In this document: in pieces, positions 11,801 through 23,600 of the stretch
How positions within the stretch are numbered: position 1 is the stretch's first letter
How the letters are laid out: every line of letters begins with the position of its first letter
NCBI GenBank assembly: GCA_964270895.1
Contig: OZ185436.1
DNA length: 64,000 nucleotides
Strand: one strand, 5' to 3'
Source of the DNA: Podarcis filfolensis
Taxonomy: Eukaryota
Position numbers and translations under genes: made by a program
Notes under the pieces: model-generated
Database searches by the model: none
What the model was told of the DNA's origin: nothing
What the model saw: the letters and a program-made list of their open reading frames with translations, nothing else

Positions 11801-14098
11801 TACTTGTAAAAAACAACAACCTGCTTTCAGGTATCAACAGCAAACACCCTAGCTATACTGTGGGTTGCAATCCTCTAAGCAACCTACTATAAGGAGAAAG
11901 TCCATAGGCTTGTACTGCTAGTCTCCAAAAAAGATGTTACGTCTTTAAAAAAAAACTTCCTGGAGCTCTAAGTGGGTAACATTTATGTCTGACATTCTAA
12001 TCTTAACTGGAGGTATAGGACCTGCATTTAAATTGTGCCTGACAGGAGATACCGGTATTTCTTTCTGATGGCACTGCAAAGCCACTTTGACTTAAGAGAG
12101 GGAAATGATGGTTGTGGATCAATGGAAAGAGGCAATACAAATGTATTTTCTATCTAGTGCGAACTCAAAAATAAAACTAGGCAAGTTTTTAATGCCATGG
12201 TGTTTCGTTAAAATATAAGGACGGAACTACTGTGTGTTTACATTGGACAGAGCTTGGGGGAAAATACATTAGCAGCTTACCTCAGAAAAAAGCAATTTCA
12301 GTCATACAAGGTACATACGGTATTTTTTTTTTTGTTTCTTTATAATATATATAGTGATTGATTGAAGAGTGAAACCAGAACTTTGACCTTCTGTATGTTT
12401 CTGTCATTGGCTGTTTTGGAAACTGAGTCAATCGTTTACATTTTCTGTGCTGATTTCTCATTTAGTATAAAACATTTCATAATGTGCTTCTGGGTATCAC
12501 TACAAAAATTGTAAAAATAAACAGATTCATATTTTTTTTAGCCACCAGTGGGAAGGGCAGCAAAACTGGATCTTGATTAAATATAACTTTGCCATTATTA
12601 AGGTGTTGGGATGACATGGATTTAAAAAATGCTGACTAAAACCCTAACAACTTTCAAGTATTGTTATCTTGCATTATTCATTTGAATCGCAAATCCTTGC
12701 CATATTGCTTAATATGTGTTAATATTCCTTTTCATCCCATATTTCCCAGCACCTTTCCCAAACTTAGCTACATTTCTAACTCATATAGTTCATGGCAGCT
12801 TGTCCCACAGTTCCTTTGGTTAAAATGTTCAACTATGGCATGTTAATTGGCTGCACTGGTTCTTGAATATAAATATAAGCAACGCCCCATTCCCTAGGTT
12901 CTCTAATAGTCAATCATGATTTTACACACCATAGCACACCCTTAGTCGTCTCCTTTGTAAACATTTCAGAAACTTTTTATTAAAAAGGATAAAAATATTT
13001 TCCCCCCCTCCACCCGCTTCTAAAATTTTTACTTAGTGGACATTTTCTGAAGACCACTGTATTTCTATGACACTGGAACAAGTAACTGGAAGTGATCTTG
13101 TCCAATAGCAATGCAACAAAGAGAGGCTTTCTTTTCTGGGGTGGGGAGGATGGTACAACAACAGATAGTAGTTTGGACTATGCAAGATCGTCAGCCTTAA
13201 AGCAACTGTCAGGCGTGTGCTCAAGCCTTCCTTTTATTCTAGCTTAGTTTCTTAGTTGCTCTGGCATAAGATACTCCTCCTCAACTTCCTGGACTGGAAT
13301 TAAAATGCTAGTGCCAAAAACCAGAGGCACGGGGAGGCCAAGACTGGGCTGTAAGTCCCATGGTTAGGCATTTCCCTCATACTGTAGCATCAATAAATAC
13401 AGATGAATAACAATGGAAAAAGCAGGAAATCAAAAAGTCTATGCCAAGCCAAGAAGAGTTTGTGTGAAATGATGCCTTAAAATAGAAATGGCAGCCAGTC
13501 AGCACTGGTTAGATTGCTTCAGCACACCTGAGGCAATGCAAGGAGACCATTGCAAAATAAGTTTATATGCCTCAAGCCTGGAAGATCTTGTTTCTTCAGT
13601 GCCTTTAAAACTCTGCACCTTCTGGCTTTGCGGAATCCCTGAATTCAAAATTAGCATTCACTTACTACAGCAAATAAACACATTCCTAGTGCAACTGCTT
13701 CAAAACTTGTGCGCATCTCAAAACTGGAAGGAAAGCTTGTAAAAATTCCATGCCACATCCCCCCACCCTCAAAATCCTAATGCTTTTCAGTTTCTGCAAG
13801 TGTCTATAGCTAATATCACTTCCTGCTGTCTGATAAACTGTAGAAGGAATGAAGCACCCACTGCAAAAAAATAGACAAAACCCCAAAACACTAAAAATCT
13901 TTAAAGTATAAAATTAAATAAAAAGGAAAGCAGCAACTGCACATGCTGGCCCAATCTCTGGCTCCAGTCATTAACTCTCAGCAGCAGAGAATAAAGCAGT
14001 TCACTTTTCTTTTCTCTGAAGCCTCCTTATTGTACATCTGTCTTCTGGTTTCACAGACCTGGAATGATCATGCAAACCGTCTTCTCTCACACTTCTGC
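8810..14098 (-). other. DOCK3: Putative long DOCK3 3' UTR (end uncertain)
   Basis: Follows the stop codon; AT-rich; minus-strand AATAAA at 8828-8833 and ATTAAA at 10624-10629 are candidate poly(A) signals. The extent is inferred only. Confidence 0.35.
12560..12960 (-). mobile_element. Old CR1-like LINE 3' fragment within the putative DOCK3 3' UTR
   Basis: Resemblance to reverse-strand CR1 ORF2 C-terminal sequence (from recall only); no intact ORF. Confidence 0.4.
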
Positions 14099-14605
14099 CT
14101 ACTGCTCACTGATGCCATGCTCCCACGCTACTCTGGCTTGCTCCTCTTTCACACCGCTAGTTGGCTGGGAAATTTTGCGATGTAGCGCCCGGTGTTTTTC
14201 ATCCTCTTCCAAGATCATCCCCTCCTCGTTTTCCATGTTTGGAAGGCGGGAGTGATATGGTTTAGGGGGTAGAGCTGGAGGGTCCACAGCGTCCTGAGGA
14301 ATGACTCCCGATGGGGCAGAGTGGCTTCGGCACGGCTGGGATTTGAGTGTTTCCAGGACATCCGGCTCTGAGAGACTATACCTGACGGGAAGGTAGGGTG
14401 TCTCTAAGTCTTCATCAGTATTCCACGCCTGGCTAGGGACAGAATCCATAGTGTCTGTTCGAGGAGGGGGCTCAGATGAATGCCCAAAGTTACTTTCACT
14501 TAACGAGGAGACGCCACTGCTTGCACTGCCTGAGAGGGTAGAGTTGCTTCCATCCAGGCCAGACTGGGGGCTTGTGGGTGATGCAGGAATCGGATGAAGT
14601 GGTGA
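14099..14605 (-). CDS. DOCK3: DOCK3 last coding exon 31/31, [16 protein letters not shown]...AWEHGISEQ*
   Basis: acag acceptor at 14606-14608; open frame to the stop at 14099-14101. Confidence 0.96.
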   Translation of the reverse strand, partial: SPLHPIPASPTSPQSGLDGSNSTLSGSASSGVSSLSESNFGHSSEPPPRTDTMDSVPSQAWNTDEDLETPYLPVRYSLSEPDVLETLKSQPCRSHSAPSGVIPQDAVDPPALPPKPYHSRLPNMENEEGMILEEDEKHRALHRKISQPTSGVKEEQARVAWEHGISEQ

Positions 14606-17600
14606 CTGTTTAAAAAACGACACAGAACATTCATACGTATGTCAAAACAAAGAAATATTTCTGCACTTCCATGGTCCCACACCGTTCACAGAACATTAAT
14701 TACTGTTTTATAGATTTTGTGTTCAAATATAAACAAACATCATAGCTGTCAATGTTTCCCTTTTTTAAAGGGAAATTCCCTTATTCCGAATAGGATTCCT
14801 CGCAAGAGAAGGAAAGAGTTGACAGCTATGAAATATGTATTCTCTGCCTTCTCTAGCTTTCCAAACGGAAACACCCGCAGTGTAATAATACCCTGAGGTA
14901 CAGGGAAATTAAACTGAACCAAAACAATCACAATTGTGTGGTGGCTAACTCTTGCCTTCTTGATATTTACAACAATAAAGTGATCAGATAGGAAGGAGGG
15001 CAAGATTCATCTGCCTTTAATTATAGAAAGTGTAGGGTATTTAAGATGGTGCAGCTATCAAAATTTCCTCTTCTACACAATTGCTATCAATACATAGAAG
15101 TCCTGTTCTTTGCATCAGTCACTGTATGCAATACAGCCTATAGTTATGTATTTTTATATTGTAAATTGCCCTGCGATCCTCGGATGAAGGCTGGCATATA
15201 AAATAAACAAAATAAATAAAACACTCCCCTACATAGTATTGTCTGCTACCCTGGTATACTCAGATATTCCAAAATCAAAGCACTTACTAAGAATAAACAT
15301 ATACTTCCAAAGTTAATTTTAATTTGCAGCAACAATGCAATTTAGAACAGATTTTCAAGGCTTCACTTCAACCCCTATCCATATTGTGCAGCTGAGCTCT
15401 CTATCATTACAATTTCACATAGTAAGAGCAGGATGAATATTTTGAGTATTGGTGCATGTACATAGCAACAGATTTTACAGGTACCACGTGCCGCTCCATG
15501 TCCACTTTTAACTTTTAGTACTGGGGTTTGCAAGAGGCTACTTTTCTTCTCTCTTCTGCCCTTCTAAAACCTGTGCTGTGCTATAGTACTAAAGGGCTCA
15601 GGATTGAGGCTGGCTGCTGTTCTGTTACTGTATATAGCTGCCGGAAGTAAGGTGAACAGTGTGGGAGGACAACATCAAGGAGCACATCCCACCAATCAAA
15701 AGCTTTCCTCTGGAATACAGCAGCTGTTGGGGAATTAAGGAGGCCAATTCCTTCTGTTTTCATTTCCCCACCCTTACCTCCAGACACTTTAACTGCCCTC
15801 AACCATAGACCAACCTGCACATTCTGCCAGTTTCCTGAAATCCCTGAAAATGGGGTGGATGAGCAAAATTTCCTCAGAGTTTTCAAACAGTAGCTGAGGC
15901 CTCCCAATGCTTCTTTAACTTAAAAAAAAACAAACCCTTTTGAGTACTCATAGCAGTGTGAATTAAGGCCGTATTTCTTTGGGGATGGACCATTCTCAAA
16001 GCAGCAAGAAGAGTGCTTTGAAAGTGCAATTCCTGCTGGCACAGACTGGTTTCAAAGCACTCTGTTCTCCCTGTTTGAGCAGGTACAGAAGAGTGCTTTG
16101 AAAGGGTGGCTCTGGATGGATCTACGCTTTCAAAGGAGACCCATGCTTAAATAGGAAGAGCATTTTGAAAGTCAATCAGGGAAAGTGCTTTGAAAAGGCT
16201 CCCCTTGCTGCTTTCAGAGTACCCTAACTCTCAGGAAATGTGGGCTTACCACACACTGCTATAACAGCTTGAGGATCTTTTAACTGTTTTAAATAAGCAA
16301 GCAGGAGAAACACCCTTTCCCACCTCATCAAGTTTAGCAAGGTGATAAATCTCCCGGTAATATCACAGGGCGTACAGTAGAGTAAATCAGTATAAATAAA
16401 CAAAGAGGTGGATTACAGAATTGCTCTCAGTATGCTGGCTGAATTAGAGGCTGGTTCTGCAATTTGAAATATAGTTTTACCTTACGTAGCGTCCGTGCAG
16501 GCAGTGCTGGGGGGGCATCATTAAGATGGTGATGGAAGGCATCAAAATGCAGCGAGTAGTGACCTTAAATGAGATAAATGGAAAAAGTTATCTGCGAGCA
16601 GTAAGTCAGAAATAGCACTTCCAACTCTTAAATGTCCTGTGATGCTAGTTAGACAGATATGTCCTGATAGTGCAGTGTCAGTTTCCTAGAAACCAATTAT
16701 TTTACATGGTAAATTGTAACTCAATGTACACAACATCAAACAGCAAATGAAGGCAGCAACACAGTGTAACACACGCAGTTATCATATCAAGGCTCCCGTG
16801 GCAAGACAACAGGCTCTTTAGCATTAAATATCTGAAACCTTAATTTATCTTCAATAACTGGAGCTCAATGTTTTATTTGTTAAACTTAGGCTGCAATCCC
16901 ATACACCTTGTAGTAAGTCCCATTGAACTCAGTGTGACTTACTTCTGAGTAAACATGCATGGGATTGTACTGTACAGCTTTTAGCAAGACACTGGGCTAG
17001 TGTACATCACTCATAAGCCCAATTCCAGTCCCAAAGCACATTTAGAGTACTGCTTTTTTTTGGTTTTTTTAAGATTTATGAAATCGTCAGCCAAGAGAGT
17101 TGGTGTAGCCTTCTCTTCCTTTTACTCCTTTTTCATTTTTCAGAAGGCAAACAGGTGGCACTGTTTGCTTTCACATGGTTTAATTGGGCATTAGTGCAGG
17201 ATTTCTTCTGCAGACCTACTGGCCATTTCCTTACCATGGGGCAGGCTTCGGGGAGGTACTGGTGGGGCCAGGATGCTCCCAACATGAGTAGACAGGAATG
17301 GCAAGGCCTCTCTGGTTCCGCTGTCCAGACTCCAGCTGCTTGGTGCTGCTGGAACAGCTGAAGGATGGAAACAGATTGAATTTGGGTAATGCTGTAATAT
17401 CTGATGGGACTGAAGGCTGACTTTTTAAACTCACTGAATCAAGTGAGTTTTGGGACTGGCCCCAAGCTGTTAGGTTATGTCCTGCTCTGAAGGCAGCGAG
17501 TGGTAAGAGAACTGTGCACTTCTTGATCATGAGAAAAATACGAGTTGTACCTACCTGAAGTGTAGTTTTTCCATTTCCTAGTGAAAGGTCAGCAGAGTGG

Positions 17601-20600
17601 GGCGATGGCTCCACCTAGCAGTCACAAGGCAGACAGCAACATTTTGGGAGGTAGGACTCCCAGCATGCATCCAGGATGCAGACTCGCCAAGCTCAACAGC
17701 CGGGAGTGTAAGGATAGAAAGAAGAAGAAACATGCTACCTCCTAATGTCAATGTGACTGTGCTAATAACAAGAATCCTGTAGCCAAACCAACTAGGGCAA
17801 GGTCTGCTGGCCTTTCATCAAGAAATGGAAAGCTACCTTCCAGGTAGGTACAACTGTACTTTTCCCCATTTCCAGTGAAAGGGTCAGCAGCTAGTCTTTC
17901 TAAGGAGAGAGTGCAGCTTCATAGCGGGAGGACCTGTTGCAGAACCCTTCTGCCCAAAGCTGCGTCTGAGGATGTGTAGGCATCCAGGGGGCAGTGCTTG
18001 AAGGTCCTGGGTGCTGCCCAAGTAGCTGCTCTGCAGATCTCCTGTAGAAAAGAAGGAGAGGAAAACATACCCCTGGCTGCTGTGGCTTTTGTGGAATGAG
18101 CCATGATGTGCTGAAGGGATAGGAAACCACTGCACCTCTTAGGCTGGCGCTATACATGCCCTGATCCACCTAGAAAGGGTGGAAGAGGACATCTTCCTGC
18201 CTGGTGAGGGTGGGTGGAAGGATACAAACAGGGTTTCAGTTAGCCTATGGGCTTTAGTTCCACCAGTGTAAATCTTCAGGGTTCTGCAGACGTCCAAGGA
18301 ATGTCAGGACTTTTCCAGAGGATGGAGTAGGGATGTAGGAGAGAAGAACCATCTCCTTCCGGAGATGAAATCTGCAGAAGACACTTGGGAGTCTTGGTCC
18401 TTAGCTCTACTCTGTTTCTATGGAAGACGCAGAGGTGTCTGGCAACAGAAAGAGCATTCAACTTGGAGACTCTGCAGGTGGAGGTGATTGTGATGAGGAA
18501 GACCATTTTCAAAGAAAGGAGCCACCTTGCTGAGAGGTTAAAAAAAGAGGGTGTTGAAGCACAGAGAGAACCCTGTGAAGGTCCCAGGAGGGGAATCTAT
18601 GGAAAGTCAGAGGGCATTTAAGAGATGCTCCCTGGGGAAAGTGTTTCAGGAGTGGGTGGGAGGAGAAGGAAGGAGAGCTCAGCCTTGAGAGAATGGAGGA
18701 GACCACTGCTGCCTGTTGTTTTAGCACACTGGGCCTTTTCTCTGGTCGTCTTGAAGGAATTCTAAGATGGTAGAGTTACTGGGGTTATTGACTTTACACC
18801 CTTCAGTAGAGCACCTCAGGAGGAAAGATTTCCAGGTGAATTGGTAGATACGTAGAGTCAAAGACTTTCTGCAGTGCAGCAGAATATCTATGATGTCTGG
18901 AGTGAGATCCATCTGTCAGCCATCTCTGGTCAAAAACCATGCAGTCAGATGCAACCAGGCAGGATCTGGGTGAAGGATCAGACCTTGAATTAGGATGTCC
19001 AGTAGTTGGGGGAGTCGCCACAGAGAGGAGAGTGCTAGGCTCAGTACCTGCGGAAACCAAGGACAATGTGGCCAGAACCGAGTGATGAGGAGCACTCTTG
19101 CCTTTTCTTCCCTGATTTTCCTGAGGACCCATGGGAGTATGGGAGTTGGAGGAAAAGCATAGAGTTGACCCTGTGGCCAGGGGGAGAGCAGAGTGCTCCA
19201 GGCCTCCACTGATGGGATGTGAAACCTGGTGAAGAATTGTGGAAGTTGGCAATCCCTATTAGATATATAGAGATTGATTTTGCATTGGCTGAAGCTTTGC
19301 TGGAGTAGTTGGAAAACAAGTGGGGCTTCAGGCTCCACTCTGCCTGGTTTGCCCGAGTGTTCTTAAGTCCGTATATGTGTTCAGTAGTTGTGACTGATAG
19401 AATGTTGATCCCTGCCTAGTCCAAGAGGAGGGTTGTTTCTTGCTGCAGATTCGGGGATCAAGCTGAACCTTGCCTGTTGATGTTTCATTTGGCTTTGGTA
19501 TTGTCTGTCCAGATGTACATACATGTTCCAGAGAGAGAGATGTTATGCAAGGTGCAGAAGGGCTACGTGGGTGGCTCAAAGCTCCAGCCAGTTGATACTC
19601 ATGGAGGATTCTGCTGCAGACCACTGGCCCTGGACTGAGAGATCCCTGCAATGTGTGCCCCAACAGACGAGTCTGGCATCTTAAGGTATTATCATTTGCT
19701 GGGAGTCCTGGAATGGGGAGTCCCTCCTCAAGATGACTAGGTCAGTTCACCATTGCAGGCTGTGATGGAGCTGGGGTGACAGCCTGATGTGAAGGCGCCT
19801 GCTGAGGGCAATGTTTTTCGGAAATGGCAGTAGGGCCCACTGGAGGGGCCAAGCATGGTGCTTCACCCAAGGAGTTGCTGAGACGCAGAGGCCAAGGACA
19901 TGTGCCACCACCATTATATTGGCGTGAATGAGGGCTAAGAAGAGAAGAAGAAGAGTTTGGATTTGATATCCCGCCTTTCACTCCCTTTAAGGAGTCTCAA
20001 AGCGGCTAACATTCTCCTTTCCCTTCCTCCCCCACAACAAACACTCTGTGAGGGGAGTGGGGCTGAGAGACTTCAAAGAAGTGTGACTGGCCCAAGGTAA
20101 CCCAGCAGCTGCATGTGGAGGAGCGGAGACGCGAACCCAGTTCCCCAGATTACGAGACTACCGCTCTTAACCACTACACCACACTGGCTAAGGCTGTACT
20201 GCAGATTTGCTTTTTGAAATCTTTCCAGGGCTAAGGAGATGAGGCTTTCGGTGGTGTACAGGAGTTCTCCAAAATGTATTAGGTGATAAGTTGGGGGGAT
20301 ACGGCTTTTTTTTTTTAACTGACCAGGAACTCGTCAGTAGTTCTAAAAGGACTGATTGTAGAAATGTGGAGAACAGTGCCTATTCTGCCGCTTGTTGTCC
20401 GTCTTGTATGCTAGCAATACCTTCCACTTGTCATCTAGACTAAGATGTCCTTTAGGGCATCCTCCCTGAGAAGCTTGCCTCCTGCATATGACGCGATGGA
20501 GAGGCTGACATAAGAGTGTCTACATCCCAGTGTTTGAGCATTAAGTGCATCTGGTGACCACATCTGCTACAAGGGCTCAAGAAGCACATTGAGAGGTATC

Positions 20601-23600
20601 CATAGTAGCATCTGCTATGAAGGCAGCTGAGCAATGGATTTTTAGTAGGGTTTCACATGTGCAACTTGTATCCTGGTTTGATGGGTCTAAGGGCTCATCT
20701 AAGAGCTTATCTTATAGATGTTTAGATAAAAACAGAGGCTGTTCGTGCTGCTCTAATGGGCAGGGTGGGGGCTTCATGTGTTTTATGGATTGCATAGTTC
20801 AATCTGCATTCAGTGGTGTCCTTTAATTGTGAATCCCCACCTCTGGGAAGTAGATTTTCAGAAACTAAGAGAGAAATAGGACAATACATGCTAGGGGTTT
20901 TAAGGGAGTCAGTGAATTCAGTTTCTAAGGTGTAAAATGTATTCACAATAGGTACAGCTTTTTATATTTTGGGGAAATCTCCCATTCTGCCTTAGTAGCC
21001 TTCTTTAAAGGAGCAATCACCACAACTCCTTCAGGGGAGTGTAGGGAAACAAAGGGGAACATGGCCACAGGGAAAGAGGACTATTATTAACTCCTAATTT
21101 TTTCCTTTTCTGTCACAGAAGAAATTCAGAGAGAAAACCTGAAAGATCAGCGAGAGCAGTAGCGACCAATGGCAGGAGCAGAACTGGATTCTTGCTGGGA
21201 GTCCTATCTCCCAAAAGGTTGCTGTCTGCCTTGTAACCACTAGGTGGAGCAATCAACTTACTCTGCTGACCTTTCACTGGAAATGGGAAAGCAGTTTAGA
21301 TAGATTAGCATTATTAGGAGACCAAGAAGATATCTTTTAGACTACAGATTTTTTTTAAAAAAAGCAGGATGAAGGAAGCAGTAACAAAGAACAAGGAACA
21401 GACATTTCAGTATGCAGAACAGAGCCTGTTACTGTGCCGCGATGACCAAGATGAGGTAAGTTTGTTTTCCTCTGGTCCCAAACCTTTTTTTAAAACAAAA
21501 AACAAAACAAAATTCCTTATACATTAATTAGACAAAACAAGTAGAAAAGAGTTGCATTTTCCTGATAAAGGTAACACACTTATAAAATTCATGGTAGCAG
21601 TCAAACAGAAAATAAGAGGCTTAAAAAAAACTATAGCAATGAAAACAATCACCAAGACTTTGCCCAGACCTTTCCTTAACATTGATCTTACTGCCAAACA
21701 TCAAACAGAATCTCACCGACAGGGGAGTTCTGACACAAGACTTGGCAAAAAGTATACATCAGCCTTGGTTGTAGAGGAGAATGCTGTGAATTATAGTTTA
21801 TGTGGGGCCCTCACAATGAATTAATTATGTTTCCCATCCCAACATTCACCTTGTTATGAAGCTACCATTCACTATTTGTTTAACAAACCTTCTTATTCTG
21901 TTCTCACTGAGAACCTAAATCCACAGTTTTTGAGTCCGTAGCAGGCATCATTTTCACTCAGCCTATACGTACTGACTTCCTGCTGCTGCCACTGGATGAG
22001 CAAGTTGTGTGCATGCTTTGAAACTGCTCTAAACTGATCACTATCTATCTGAAGGTCACCACCTGTATAGAATACACATGAAAACCAGAAACAAAACATG
22101 GAATATCTTAACTGAAGGCAAATTCGATACCCTCCTCCCTGCTGTGTCTATCGTATTTTAGACTAAAATGCTTGGAAAACCTGATGTGCAATTCTGATAT
22201 TGGATGGTTTATCCCAAATAAAGGCTTAGCTCATGCTTAAACTATCTTTGAAAGTCCCTGCTGTCCTGTAGTGGCCAAACCATCGGCTGCAGAGTTTGTC
22301 TTCAGTGATTAGATTCATCAGCAGAGAAGCTATAATTGAAAAGATTTTGCTTTAAGCTGTTCAATGTCACTCTACTGTCAAGAAAAATCAATGTTAAAAA
22401 GGGAAAGTGACAGGTCTCCAGATTTACCCAAACATGTGCTTTCAGCCGGTTAGGGAGAGCATTCCAAGCATCTTCAGCTGTATATGTTGTGCAGTTGATA
22501 TATACACCAACTCCCCTTTCAATGGCCTATGGCAGGGATGCCCAACAGGTCGATCGTGATCTATTGGTAGATCCCCGTGAGGTTCTGGTAGATCGCGGTC
22601 GATCTCTGGCTCCCTTTCCTTAGCATCCCTAAAACTGACTCCTGCCCTGCCCCCCCGCACCACCCTTCATTGTTTGATCTCTGGAAGGGAAGACAGAGCT
22701 TTCTCTGATGCTGTTTTCATCCATAGCGATCTTTTTGTGAGTGACTTTACCCCTTTGTCCTTTGCTTTTAACCCCCACAAAAATGGAACTTTTCCCTCCA
22801 AAAAAGCTGTTTTTAACCCCTAAAAAATGGGGCCTTTCTCCTCCCTAAAAAAAGTTCACCAACTTAGAGCTGACCCAGATCACTGCCAGTTTTTAATTCT
22901 GAAAGTAGATCGCAGTCTCTTGAGAGTCGGCCACCCCTGGCCTATGGATTACTGACCTTTCCAAAGTGCTGCTTCTTAACTGACGTTTCCCCTTTATGTA
23001 GATAATCTCTATGCAGGAAGGAGATTGTCATATTTGAAACATGACTCACAAATGTATATATTCTGCTAGGAGTATATATGGATTGGGCAGTTGCTGTGTG
23101 ACTAACTGCTTGTTCTAAATACACATGGTTTTAAGAGATTATAGTGATAAGAACACTCTGAATGAACATAAAATGAGACAATAAAATTAATTAATTAATA
23201 GTATTTAACAAAAAATTATATACTGCTTGACTGCAACAAAACCTCTAAGGGCTGATAAGAAATATTAAAATTATCAGCAAAGTAGTTAAAAACAAGTAAT
23301 TAAAACATTTAAAAAATAATTTAAGTCAAGTGGTCAAGTGGGTACATATGAAGTAAGGAGATCCTGTAAATAAACTGGCTTCCAAGTGATTAGGGCTTTA
23401 TAGGCCAATACTAGCACCTTGAACTTCACCCACTAATGCAGATCTCTGAGCAGAGTCTTGCTCATGTCAGCAACCGTGCTACAGCATTCAGCACTAGCTG
23501 TAGATTCTGGATCCAGCAAAGCAGCAAAAAGCAAAGCCTGAAATAAGTGTCATAAATAAATAATATAAAATAGGGCAAGGAATACCTTTTTCAGCAACAG

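Larger units (their letters stand above)
17539..21290 (-). mobile_element. Decayed DIRS1-type tyrosine-recombinase retrotransposon, with ITRs and ICR
   Basis: ~107-bp inverted terminal repeats (17568-17674 / 21184-21290); internal complementary region 17803-17890; RNase H, methyltransferase and tyrosine-recombinase remnants on the minus strand. Confidence 0.9.

Noticed and set aside
23575-23585. Donor GTATTCCTTG resembling a U12 site
   Set aside because: The extra T breaks the invariant GTATCC, and the -1 base is G; treated as U2.
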